DNA from: Haliotis rufescens
Lineage: Eukaryota
Direction of reading: 5' to 3'
Assembly: GCF_023055435.1 (NCBI RefSeq)
Contig: NW_025963890.1
Span: 73,966,001-74,030,000 of the forward strand
Length of the DNA stretch: 64,000 bases
The first letter of the stretch is position 1, and every line of letters starts with the position of its first letter. Positions 38,301-51,141 of this stretch are shown here, in pieces. A program made the position numbers and the translations under genes. The notes beneath the pieces are model-generated. The model saw only the letters and a list, made by a program, of their open reading frames with translations. It had not been told where the DNA came from and searched no databases.

Positions 38301-39139
38301 CGAAGTGGTAAACGTCTGAGACCTGCATCACTTCGGGCTTTCCTCCCACATTAAGATGACAGGCCGCGATATAACTGGAATACTGTTAAAAATGGCGTTA
38401 AACCCAATTCACTCACTCAACAGTCTCTGACAGCTAGACAAATCCAAATCCATACAAGAAAAGTAAATGTCTGATTTCGGAAGCCCATTTTGTTATGTCC
38501 AGCATAGTCAATATGCAATAACATAGGTTTTTCTTGGTAAACGATATCCGTGCATTAACAATAGTTTTTGCCAGAATTTGAGACTGTGAGCAGCTAAATT
38601 AATACAAATTGAAAAACGGCAAATTCGCCATATACTATTGCATTTGGTGTATGAGGTTCAACATTTAAGAAACATTTACATGCTGTAAGGTGTATTTTCT
38701 CAAACTTCAGATGCATACGTAAGGATTGGTTGTACCTGGCTGTCAAATATTTTTAAAAAATACCTCAGGTGATATTGATATATCTCCTATTTTTCAAAGG
38801 TTTACACTCCATTAGTGCTTTCATGTCGCGTAAAGAGGTGTCAGAGAGAGCCTTTCCCATACCAAGTGGGTCCCATAGTACCACATCTTATCATCCAAAA
38901 CTGTCTTCCATGGGAGATATTGCTATTTATATCTTTCCCAAAGAAGCTGGTTCCCTCTACTTTCTATACTCATAGCCCTGTGCTTGATGTTTTTCAACTG
39001 AAATAATGAGTTTGAATGATAAACAGATCTCACCACTTTTATCAACGAGTGTTGGTATGTATTCGATATCAAAAGACACATTTTGTAATATCCGCTATCT
39101 AATAAACTGGTAATTGTAGGACAGCTGGTCAGGCCTGTT

Positions 39140-42100
39140 TTATGAGTATCGGTCAGTGCTTCTAGAAAACAGGATTTCCGTGGCCCTGACCAAGATGTAC
39201 ATGAACTCCCTGTCCCTCCACCGCACTGTACTCATCATGTCCCCGACTGCAGGCAGGAAGAAGTGGGGCACCCTCATCTCGCCAGTCAACATTTTCTTGA
39301 GTTTGCCCAGAGAGAAGTGCAACCTGCTCTCTCGAGTATCCTCCCTCCACACATGGCTCCCGGCGGTGAGGTCGTACAGCAACGTCCACATCAAGGTCCT
39401 AATGTGGTAGGTTGTGAAACATAACCGGAACGAGTCGTCTCTGAAGTAATGTTTTCTTGTGTGTTGGGCTACTTCATGAATCATCTCGGACTTTCCTGTG
39501 ACCATGAGCCCCTTTTGTCCTTTGGCAATCTCCATTACTCTTTTGATTGTTCGGAGGATAGGCTTCCAGCTTTCGGTGTCACCATGTAAAGTGAGGTTCT
39601 TCTCAGCGAGGGAGAAGGACATCTGCCACTGCAGACGGTCTGGTTGGTCACCTGAAACAGATACCATGGTGATGACCAGGGCCCACTTGCACAATGCGAT
39701 CATAGCGCTAAGATGATCTTAACACCATACTTTAACAAAGGGTTACAATAGTCTCAGCGCCAAGATCGTTTTGCGCAAGCGGGCCCTGAACATTAGTGGT
39801 TCAACCAGGTCAGTGGGATATCATGCAAATGAACATATGAGACATAATGCAAATGAACATATGAGACATCATGCAAATGAACATATGAGACATCATGCAA
39901 ATGAACATATGAGACATCATGCAAATGAACATATGTGAGACATCATGCAAATGAACATATGAGACATCATGCAAATGAACATATGAGACATCATGCAAAT
40001 GAACATATGAGACATCATGCAAATGAACATATGTGAGACATCATGCAAATGAACATATGAGAGACATAATGCAAATGAACATATGAGACATCATGCAAAT
40101 GAACAAATGAGACACATCATGCAAATGAACATATGTGAGACATCATGCAAATGAACATATGAGAGACATCATGCAAATGAACATATGAGATTCATCATGC
40201 AAATGAACATATGTGAGACATCATGCAAATGAACATATGAGAGACATCATGCAAATGAACATATGTGAGACATCATGCAAATGAACATATGAGAGACATC
40301 ATGAAAATGAACATATGTGAGACATCATGCAAATGAACATATCAGAGACATTATCCACTTGGCATATTCAAATAAAATTTTACTCAAGAATGACTGCGAG
40401 GTCCTTACCAGGGCAGCGCTTTGTTGTTATGTTGAAACCTTTTTCCATGATGTCAGTGACGTTGATTGAAGGGGATATGCCCTTGGGTAGGGTTTTTTTC
40501 AGATCCCGAGCAATCAACGGCTGTGGCCAGTGTGGGATGTTGAGGGCTGGAACGATGTCAACATCGATGTCAAGGGTGCCGTGGTAGGTAGTGGTGCCAG
40601 TGTAGGTGATGCCGAATGATGGGGATCCAGCATGTGTTTTGTTCTCTGTCAGAAAAATCCAGGGTAGAATTGGTCTTCAGCAACCCATGCTTGCCGTTAC
40701 TGGCGACTATGCTTGTCGGAGGAGGCGACTAACTGGATCGGGTTTAGGCTCGCTGACTTGGTTGATGCATGTCACCGTATACCAATTGCGTGGATCGATG
40801 CTCATTGCGTCAATCACTGGATTGTCTGGTCCAGACTCGATTGTTTACAGACCGCCGTCATATAGCTGGAATATTGCTGAGTGCGGCGTTAAACAACATA
40901 TTGACAAACAAACAAAACTGTGAGAAAGCAATGTACTCAATGCAGGTGTCAATGACGAAATAATTACTTATGCAAGCAAAAAACAATGCATTGAAAAAGA
41001 TGTCACTTAATGTTGACAAGTCTTTACCCAGGATTTAATATTGAAGGACTGAACAATGGGCCTTTTGGATACAGAAAGTGTTGTTTCTTTTGTTTTGTTA
41101 CCATTGACAACGCTGTAAGAATCTACATCGAAACTTCGCTAAATGCAGTAAAACGGAAGTTGTTGTCCATAACATTGTACTTTTTCTTACTTACTCACCA
41201 ACTTCTAGATTGCAAATATTACTTACCCCTACATTTGGAATTGTGGCGTATATATTTGTCCATCAGTTCAAAGAAGAAATTCCGATATTTCTCAGCGTTG
41301 ATGAAGCTGTTGTCGCATAAATAGTTTAAAGATGGTGATGCATTTACCACTCTGACTTTGCAATAGCCAGGATGGCAGTCCTCGTACACGGGTTGAAGAT
41401 CGGAATCAACTTTCGGAATGAATAAACAATCCATTTCGTTAGGCCGGGACACCTTAAAATAAGACAACTGTGGGGTTGGCCGTGTGGATATAGGTAGACA
41501 TATAAGTATAAAGAGATCCCTGAGAGTCGGATTTTATCGAATTTCTTTTTTGTCCCAAGCCATTTCATTTCATAAGGTCGGGACAGCTTTAAAACAAGAG
41601 ACAACTGTGGGATTGGTTGTATGGATATAAGAAAACAAATACTTAAAATATAAAGAGATCATTTACAGTTGGATTTTATCGAATAATTGTCCCTGAAAAT
41701 TCTTGGAAAATATAATTACATTGTTGCAAATATTTTCTTTTTAATAAAAATACATTCAAGCTCATGCCTCTCAAAGTCCGGCGGTCGTCGTTGTCCTTGG
41801 TCTTCACGTATTGAGAATTGTTGACCCTAAAATTTTAATTCTCTTGCCGTTCAATAGCACACTTTTGGCATGTATTGATTTGATGGCTGTTTGCTACCTT
41901 CTTCGTGTATTGAAGAAGTTTTTGTTACTTCGACTTTCACGCATTAGCCGGATTACCTGGCTCTTGTTGAAATTTCTCTTGCATTTTTGGTCATTTTTGG
42001 CACCTCAATAATACATAGTATTAGTACATATCTGGTTGTAAATCTTTAGTGGTACTGTTGGGTAGCGTATGTTCAGCGCTATATTTTGGTACTTACATGT

Positions 42101-45100
42101 TCCATATTGGTTCAATAGTTAGTTTGCTATTCGGGTTTTCCTATGCCTACCCCCTGCTGACCAGGAATGGCTGTTCTCTACGACGTGCACGCATACGGGT
42201 TTAAACCTTGTCTTTACCTCCAGGCATCGCTAGACCGTTTACCAGTCGTCTTGCTACTGGTTTGCTCAGGTCGAAACTTCGTTAGTAAGTCATTATGGGG
42301 AGGTATCTCTCTCTGGGAGTCAGGTTACTCTTTTGGTCAAGTACCTATTGACTATTGGGAGTCAGGTTACTCTTTTGGTCAAGTACCTATTGACTATTGG
42401 GAGTCAGGTTACTCTTTTGGTCAAGTACCTATTGACTATTGGGAGTCAGGTTACTCTTTTGGTCAAGAACCTATTGACTATTGGGAGTCAGGTTACTCTT
42501 TTGGTCAAGAACCTATTGACTATTGGGAGTCAGGTTACTCTTTTGGTCAAGTACCTATTGACTATTGGGAGTCAGGTTACTCTTTTGGTCAAGAACCTAT
42601 TGACTATTGGGAGTCAGGTTACTCTTTTGGTCAAGAACCTATTGACTATTGGGAGTCAGGTTACTCTTTTGGTCAAGAACCTATTGACTACTGGGAGTCA
42701 GGTTACTCTTTTGGTCAAGAACCTATTGACTATTGGGTGTCAGGTTACTCTTTTGGTCAAGAACCTATTGACTATTGGGAGTCAGGTTACTCTTTTGGTC
42801 AAGAACCTATTGACTATTGGGAGTCAGGTTACTCTTTTGGTCAAGAACCTATTGACTATTGGGTGTCAGGTTACTCTTTTGGTCAAGTACCTATTGAATA
42901 TAAGGAGTCAGGTTACAAGTACCTTTTTAATTATTATGAGTCAAGAGACTCCATAGGTCAAGTACCTTATAGTTTCGGGAAGTAGAATTTCCTTGCCCAG
43001 TTAAAGTGACAGAGTCTTCAGTTCTCTTTGCCATTAACTTGTAAAATTGTTGATTTAGCTTCTTCTTAATTACTCTATTACAGTTGCTTAGTTAATCAGC
43101 TTGTGTATTTGTTCTGATTTAAATAGTCAGCGATCACTGTCAGTGTAAATTGGGTTTTTGATCCTTTATATTGTCGTCTATTGATACAATTTGCTGATTA
43201 TAATAAACCTGTGAACCTATCATCACGTTTTCCTTATAACGTTATAAATGTTTTTATACACCCTGGTCTCTGGGGCAGAGCTCCGTGAGAGTAAGGTACA
43301 ATTTTCAGTAAGTGGTTATTTTATGTAATACCAATACTACTTTAACTTACACCAAGAATAATTCCAGCACACATGATAGACACGGGTTATAATATACTGA
43401 ACCGCAAAAGAAACGTCACCATGGGTACATATATGAGAAACCTTATTTGTGTCCAAACACTGTACACATACTTTCAGACATATTAAAAAAATGAAACTTG
43501 ACAAAACTGATCATAAAGGTTGAAATTGAAGTGTCAAATGTTCTAAAGTGAAACACAGCACAAGTCTCTGAGAAAATCGCATTACAAGTCAGTATCTCGT
43601 GTGTCAGCCATGTGCATTGATGACTGCCGTGCAACGTCGATACATGGAATGGATGAGGCTGTTGATGAAGGCCATAGGGACTTGAACCCACACTCTGAGG
43701 AACGCATGACGCAATTCAGCTGCAGTTGTCGGCCTTGGTCGGACGTCATTCAGCCGTCTGTGAATCTCGTCCCGCAGGAGCACAATGTGATTTAAATGGG
43801 GACTGAGGGCAGGCCACTGCATGGTTCTGATGCCATTCTGCTGGAGGAAGTCTCTTGTTGCTCTCGCAGTGTTGGCACGGGCGTTATCATGCTGAAACTC
43901 GTGGTTGTGGCGACGTGCCAAATGAGGTATGGCGTGTGGACTTGATCAGTGTACCGAACTGCTGTGACACTATTGCCTCTCCCTGGACCGATGTTCTGGA
44001 AGACCACAGGGCCGACGCTCTGTGCAAGACCAATCCCACTCCACACCAAGATGCTCAGGCCACCCTACGAGTCTCTCTCCACAACACAAGCATCCGAATA
44101 ACATTCCCCATGGCGTCGCCAGATTCACTCTCTCTGCCATCTGCTGTTGAGATACAGTAACGGCTCTCGCCTGAGAAGAGGACACTTCTCCACTGCTGGT
44201 GGCGCTAATGCTAGTGCTGTGTTGCCCACTGAAGACGATCCCAGCGATGACGTGGTGTCAGGATGGGTCCTCGGTGTGGCCTGTAATAGCGGAGGTGTCT
44301 GCTCGTCAATCGTCGAGGCACGGTGTCCGCACTAATGTCTCGCTGGTGTGTCCCCATGGTCTGTCGAGCAGTTTCCGCAGCAGTAACAAAGCGATCTTGA
44401 AGATGCTGTCGCACAATCTGACGATCCTGTCGTCAGGTGGTGACCCTTGGTCTTCCACTATGTGGTCGGTCATCTGTAGTGTTGGTGGTCTGGTACCGTT
44501 GCTGGAGCCTGTATGTGGTCCTAATCGTCCAAGGGCTTGGTGTCGCTGATTTCTTGTCAATCTTGGCATGTGGTAGCAATTCAATAACGAATGAATGTAA
44601 TCCGATCAGAGTGGATTTTTATAGGGAAAGAAATGGGGGAACGGTTTTATTGTCATCTGCTTTGTTTTTTATCATCAAATTTCATTTTTCCGGACAAGGT
44701 AATGTTAAATTTTAGAAACTTTGACAAAAATTACCAGATATTTAAATGACAACGTTTCAATGTTACTTGGTGTGACGTTTCTTTTGCGGTTCAGTATATA
44801 TTCTACGTCCATATTATTGTATATACTTCTCCTGTACATACTCTTTGCGTTGTTTAATAATATAAAGAATGCACCCTCACCTTAGTTTTGTCATAATAAG
44901 AACCTCCTCGAAACGTTGTCCATTTCCAATGTGTCTTTGACTCGAGAAAGTCACAGATATTGTTCTGCAAGTTATTAAAAACTTCTGCCGTATTTTCGAT
45001 TTCATTTTGTTTAAGTGACACTTCATCCTCAAAAAACTTTGAAATTTCAGTTCTAGGATTTCTTGAATGTTCCAGTATTCCAGTATCGACCATGTTTCTA

Positions 45101-45960
45101 ACAGTGTCTTCCATCGTTGACACTGCATCTCTGTCCATCCTGTTTGAGTTTGTTCTGTGTTGCCAACTAGTTGTCACCCTTTTTGGGGAACAGAAGCCTA
45201 GGGGTTTGGTATGGACACACAGAGATCGTTTATCGTCTAACGACATTCCTGAACGACCTCTGCCATCACATTTCTTGTGGTTATTCAAATCCACAAACCA
45301 CTTGTTGCAATCGGGACACTGCTCTTTGTCATCGGACGAGCTACGACTAACTGATTGGCGTCTGCCATCACATTTCTTGTGCTTATTCAAATCCACAAAC
45401 CACTTCTTGCAATCGGGACACTGCAGTTTGTCATCAGACGAGCAAGGACTAACTGATTGGCGTCTGCCATCACATTTCTTGTGGTTATTCAAATCCACAA
45501 ACCACTTGTTGCAATCGGGACACTGCTCTTTGTCATCGGACGAGCTACGACTAACTGATTGGCGTCTGCCATCACATTTCTTGTGCTTATTCAAATCCAC
45601 AAACCACTTCTTGCAATCGGGACACTGCAGTTTGTCATCGGACGAGTAAGGACTAACTGATTGGCGTCTGCCATCACATTTCTTGTGCTTATTCAAATCC
45701 ACAAACCACTTGTTGCAATTGGGACACTGCTCTTTGTCATCGGACGAGCTACGACTAACTGATTGGCGTCTGCCATCACATTTCTTGTGCTTATTCAAAT
45801 CCACAAACCACTTCTTGCAATCGGAACACTGCAGTTTGTCATCAGACGAGCAAGGACTAACTGATTGGCCTCTGCCATCACATTTCTTGTGGTTATTCAA
45901 ATCCACAAACCACTTGTTGCAATCGGGACACTGCTGGTTTGGGTTCTTTTTCTTCGGCAT
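39140..45960 (-). CDS. cGLR copy D; exons 45960-44881, 41452-41227, 40645-40409, 39651-39140 (684 aa): seven C2HC zinc fingers + Mab-21 NTase
   Basis: Same intron positions and phases as A-C. GSYYDKTK|VSRPNEMD, GSPSFGI (cGAS GSPAVTL), DIDVDIVPAL, WQMSFSLAEK, TTYHIRTLMW, VPHFFLP. Confidence 0.9.
39817..40345 (+). repeat. 24-26-bp minisatellite (~21 units) in cGLR-D intron 3
   Basis: Unit GAGACATCATGCAAATGAACATAT(GT/GA). Confidence 0.95.
42314..42960 (+). repeat. 42-bp minisatellite (~15 units) in cGLR-D intron 1
   Basis: Unit GGGAGTCAGGTTACTCTTTTGGTCAAGWACCTATTGACTATT. Confidence 0.95.
43395..44796 (-). mobile_element. Decayed Tc1 transposon in cGLR-D intron 1
   Basis: TIRs TACTGAACCGCAAAAGAAACGTCAC / GTGACGTTTCTTTTGCGGTTCAGTA with TA flanks. 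Fragmented transposase: MPRLTRNQRHQALGRL, VWSGI, FQHDNARA, WPALSPHLNHI. Confidence 0.88.
45268..45930 (-). repeat. Coding 102-bp (34-aa) repeat x7 encoding C-x2-C-x9-H-x2-C fingers
   Basis: CPDC(N/K)KWFVDLN(N/K)HKKC with alternating linkers ending DDKLQ / DDKEQ. Confidence 0.92.
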
Positions 45961-47011
45961 GATTGTATAGACTCGCTATACAGCAGTCTGGACACACTGC
46001 CTGTGGGGTGTGTGGATTCGCCTGCAGCAAATAGGACATGCTGTCCGTTGGGTGTGTGGATTCGCTGCAGCAGCTAGGACATGCTGTCTGTTGTGTGTGT
46101 GGATTCGCCTGCAGCAGTTGGGACACACTTTCTGTTGGTTGTGTAGATTCACCTCCAGCAGTTAGGACACAATTTCTGTGACTATTGGGTCGCCTCGTGG
46201 TAGTCAGGTCACATTATATCTGTGTGTAACTGGTGTTTGGAGACACGCTGCGATAAAGAAAGAAATTACATTGAATAGAAATGTAACGCCCTCTGGCGTA
46301 GAGCTTCAATATGGTGGGAACAGCTGTGAAAGAGGTCATGCATACCGCTCCTTAATCCACTTACTGAGCCTCCGCAATTGAGTGTTTGTCTACTTTCGTT
46401 CTTGGAGCATGCTAGGAGCATGTTACAGGAAGCCCTGAATGATTCCGAGAATAGATCACCAGCAACCTTTGCTTGTTTCGGGGGCGGCTTCCTCGAGTCG
46501 TCGGGTTCGGTGGCATGGTTGACTGCATGTCAGCGTGCCCGACATGCTGATAATGTCACTGGGTTGTCAGGTTCAGGCTCAAGTTCTTACAGGATGACGT
46601 CATGTAGCTCGGATGTTGCGACGTTTAGCAATAAACAAACAAATGTTCAGGCAAACGTGAACTCAAAGAAGAGACGATAACATAATCAATGTTAGTGCTC
46701 TGGAAGCTCAATCTATTGATTCACCAATTCCACCAAGTCGATATGTTTAACAACTGGTATCATCACTATTTCATAGAGATTCATAAACACATACTTATGT
46801 CACAGTCGTGCAATGGACTCCAAGGGGAAATTCAGCATGTGTAAAAGGAGGACCCCCCCTCCCCACACACACACACACACACCTCACTCTGGATCCGCCT
46901 ATGGTTTTAGCACAGATTCTTTATGATATCGAAAAGGGTTTTGTCGTTTTTATTTACAACGAGAACAATCAAAATGTCGTTCTCGTCAAGGACTACAGTT
47001 TATAACCTTAA

Positions 47012-49940
47012 AAGGGCCCTGATCTAAATCAATTTCCCGGAACTGGTTGTTGCCTTTGTTACTGTTTTTTCCCGTGAGTACCCGGATGATACAGTAGAAA
47101 TCTAGACTAGTTCGCGACCTGTGCTGCGCAATTCGTAAGCGCATTTGTCACTTTTATTGATAGTATGACGGCGTATGGTCACATTGTTCAATAAAATGAA
47201 ATACAGTTTTGGAAGTAATAAGGAAATGTAGGTATCTTTGTGGGTAGCATCGGTAATGGTGCCGAAGTTTTGATAAGTCACTTGCTTGATAATTGTGCGA
47301 TTTTCGTTTACACTATTTGACTTGCAACACAAAGTAAATGTTTCTCCTGAGTATTGCTTATTTTATCGTGTTTATATTTTTACAGTCAAAATATGCAAAA
47401 TCTTCACTTAGGAACTTTATTAAACGCCTAAATATTCAGTTATTTTACAAATTGACTGAAACATATGTCCATCTGTATTATTATAAAACGAATTCCACAG
47501 ATGTTTAATATCATCACCATGAGACTGTAAATGTTACGATGAAAAGCCCAACCTACATAATAATCTATAATGATGTTTTTAGGCTCTTTTGGTCGTATTC
47601 ATCAATTTTAGTCAATCTGTTAAAGATATAGACAGATTTTTCAGTCAAAATGACTGAAATATTTACACATTTTTATAAATTGTCTGAGAAAATCACATTT
47701 TACAAATTGACTGTAATATATACACGCTTACAAAGGAATAGAAAAGGCGTGTGAAAACAACGTCTATAGCGCATCGAAGAATAGCGCATTTGTATAATTT
47801 TAGACAGCTTCCTTGTTCGAGGAATGTATCCGTGAATATCCACACAAAGGAACAATATCCCACACGTCTGCAGCTGTACAAAGAAACTAATTCGATGCCA
47901 CGTGTCTCTGTAACAATCAAATATTTTAAAATATATATATCGTTTCGGGATATTATAACCCTTGTTCATTACTCAACTGATCGCATAGATTGTTTCAGGT
48001 GTTTCACATAGGTGTCAAGTCTCAAAGGTCTGCTGAGAAAGCCCACGTGACAAATATTTTCATAACGTCCACGGTTCCTAAAAAAATCCATTTAGTTAGA
48101 AAACAATAACCAATCAATCAACGTATTATCGGTTAACCCTTTGAACAAAGTATGTTGTTTTTACATCGGCACTTCACGCCATGATATGAGTGTATGCCCT
48201 TCGTTTTAGTAAACCTAGACATGTAAACACTCACTTTTGACATGGTGTCCTCCCATTAGTTAGACGTCCCAATAGTTAGACAGCTTAAAACAACACTTTA
48301 AACGGTTGAGTGCACTCAAATCCTTTTGCCTGTTACCTCTGACTTTAAAATGGAATAGTCCAGATAAGATCTGACAAACAAAGCAAAGCAGCTTTGTATA
48401 GATACCATAATATTATACTTAACATTTAATGACACTTTACATCTGATAAATTTTATACAGTTTGGATTTGTAGATTGCTGATTGTGTATTGCTGAGGCCA
48501 TGCCCATTAGTTCGGCCGTGAATATGGATTGGTTGTTTGGGAGTCGGTAAGATTGTGTGTTTTGGGTTGGTTGTGCGATGTGGACTCCGAAACCAGTGTG
48601 TTTTGAGATCGGATCTGAGGATCGTTAATCATAATATTGAAGAGTGTTGGGCTAAGGATGCTGCCCTGGGGAGTGCCATTTTCTAGGGGACATTGGTCCG
48701 ATAGCGTTTGGTCTATGCCCACGGTGATTTTGCTGTTTGTTAGGAAACTTTGGATGTAGTTAATTATTTGATCTTTAAAACCTGTTTTTTGTACTTACTT
48801 CCACGCCGCGAGGTGAAGTACTCTACTTTCCTTAAACCAGTCATATCGATACTGATAATGATACATACCCCATGATCATTTTTATTTGTTGGATAAGTAG
48901 ATAATCTAAACTCAAGTCCTTCAACTGAACATACATTAAGACCTTAGTTTACATAGTTAATCTCATGCCTATTGAACCTGTGCTGAGAGTAAGGTAATTT
49001 AGGTTAATTAAACGAAATTGTAACATATATACTCCCTATACTGTGAGTCCCCTATCCCTACTCAGTAATTTAATCTAATTAGGACTGATCCATTATACCT
49101 GTAGGTATATTCGATCTTTGCCTAAATAAAAATGTCTAACAAATGGGACGTCTAACTAATGGGACGTCTAACTAATGGGATATAACCTTTGACATATCCA
49201 CTGTGCAAGATAACAGTGATTAATCAATCAACGTATTTTCTGTTAATCCTTTGATGACTAGGAACGATCCGTTGATTCACAAAAAAGTAAATCAACTGAT
49301 CATTCATCTCTTACTGGGCTGCCACGTGCATATTACATAACACACATTTCACCTCACTTCAAACCTGTATTTAGATTGAATAATTACCCCAGACACAATA
49401 AATGCCAAATGGGAACCTTTGTCAGGTAATTTGAGTGGTGCTACCACTAATTATACCTGTAACAAATTCATTAACTGAGCATCAAGTGAATGACGACAAA
49501 TACACAAATGTAGGGTTATACCAGAAAACGTGGATGACAACAAGGGAGTAGCAATCGTATTATCGACGCAATCCGAAATCCGAAAATGCTTTCACTGCAT
49601 GGATGGTTTTTTTTATGATTAAACTATAACCATCTGGGGTATTTCGAAATGACGACATCCGATGAACTCCGCCGTTCTTTTTGTCTGTTTGTTTAGGCTG
49701 AAGAAATTAATTAACATGCGCCCTTTTTTCGAAATCTTTATAGATCACGGTTAACCAATCAGTGTTCAAAAATGTGTTAAACAAATATTGCCTCAAAGTT
49801 TATATAGCTGTCCTTGCAGACGGTAGCCCAGTCTCTTGTCACGCTCAGTTGCGTTGCGTATCATCCGGGTACTCATGGGGAAAAACCAACATAACAAAGG
49901 CAACAACCAGTCCCGGGGAATTGCTTTAGATCAGTGCCAC
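47012..49940 (+). mobile_element. Non-autonomous DNA transposon, ~80-bp TIRs, carrying a nested insertion
   Basis: TIR core CTGATCTAA...ACTGGTTGTTGCCTTTGTTA...GAGTACCCGGATGATAC at both ends, inverted. The internal sequence matches 58940-60990 in opposite orientation. Confidence 0.85.
48244..49187. mobile_element. Nested TIR element with 8-bp TSD, carrying a reverse-transcriptase fragment
   Basis: TSD TTTGACAT (48236-48243, 49188-49195). Ends are GG...TCCCATTAGTTAGACGTCCC / GGGACGTCTAACTAATGGGA...CC. Internal minus-strand LENGTPQGSILSPTLFNIMIND. The empty site is at ~59675-59695. Confidence 0.8.
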
Positions 49941-51141
49941 TAAATTCATGGGGGGACCCCAAAGTTTTTCGTTTACTGTACTCACTCAATCAGGCCTATT
50001 GATTCTTCTTTTCCGTGGACCGTGCACCTGTGCGTTCACGTCACGCAAGGTGCACTCTTCTTTATGAATCGATAAGTGTATATCACGTGATACCGGTTTG
50101 TGGGGACGTATGCTAGGGTATCGTGTTGCTGGGTGTGCATGGCTTTCTCTATAGTCAGTGGTAATAGTACGTGTATATGTTACAAATGTTCCATGGTTAA
50201 ATGTGAAAATGGGGCTTAAAATGTATGTAACAAGCTACAGCATGACATGTCGCCATGGGATTAACAAAACTCACTGCTATTGCTATACTGAATGAAGGCT
50301 TGTCAATGAAATTTATTTATACAACGCCATTGTGGGTGTTGTGTTGCGGTGTGGCAACCGGCGTTCAGGTTCAGTCGGTTCACGTAAGAGAAAACCGGCT
50401 TGCATACGTGGAAAGGTCTCGTGTTTACTTTTGACTCTTTTCCAGGAAATTGGGTTTTCTAAGAAGACCTTCTTTCACGACTGGTGGTGTCAGTGTCGCC
50501 CTTAACAGCCTCATGCGTCATCGCCCGTCCAACATAGATACTTAGAATAGGATTTTAAGAAAGGCAGTGCATAGAATACGAAATGATGTGGCTGAGGGAA
50601 CAGTTTGCATGTAGGGAGTCTGAAATACAGAGAGTGAGTGAGTGAGTTGAGTTGAGTTTAAGGCCGTACTCAGCAATATTCCAGCTATAAGACGTCGGTC
50701 TTTAAATAATCGAGTATGGACCAGACAATCAAGTGACTGACATTATAAACATCGATCCACGCAATTTGGATACGATGACATGCATGAATCAAGTCAGCGA
50801 GCCTGACCACCTGATCCCGTTAGTCGCCTTTTATGACAAGCATAGTCCCTTTTAGGTGAGGTGAGGTGAGATAAAGTGAAATTGGGTTTAACGTCGCGTC
50901 CAAGATTATTGCACTTATATAGCGGCGTGCATGTACGTGTGTGTGTTTGTGTGGCTGCTTGTACTAGTCCAGACTGATGCCGTTTTACAGTGCTAGCTCA
51001 CTGAGATACCATGCCGCAGTTTAACATGAATACCCAACTCAGACACAGTATACTGACTCCGAGCCGAACAGTTCTTGTTATAGCCCCTTAATGCCGAGCA
51101 CCAGACAGGGTAACAAGTACCATCTTTTAACGTCTTTTGGT

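Noticed and set aside
39817-42960. CRISPR-like appearance of the regular repeats
   Set aside because: Units are contiguous with no unique spacers, there are no cas genes, and the context is eukaryotic.
42167-42985. 272-aa and 207-aa repetitive ORFs (WESGYSFGQEPIDY)n
   Set aside because: Translation of an intronic minisatellite, antisense to cGLR-D, with no domain or splice support.
525-45960. Bacterial CBASS / CD-NTase operon with a ubiquitin-like partner
   Set aside because: The genes have spliceosomal introns and animal Mab-21 C-terminal motifs, and there are no Cap effectors. The resemblance is only conceptual.
44960-45970. Plus-strand ORFs over the zinc-finger array
   Set aside because: Antisense shadows of the coding repeat.
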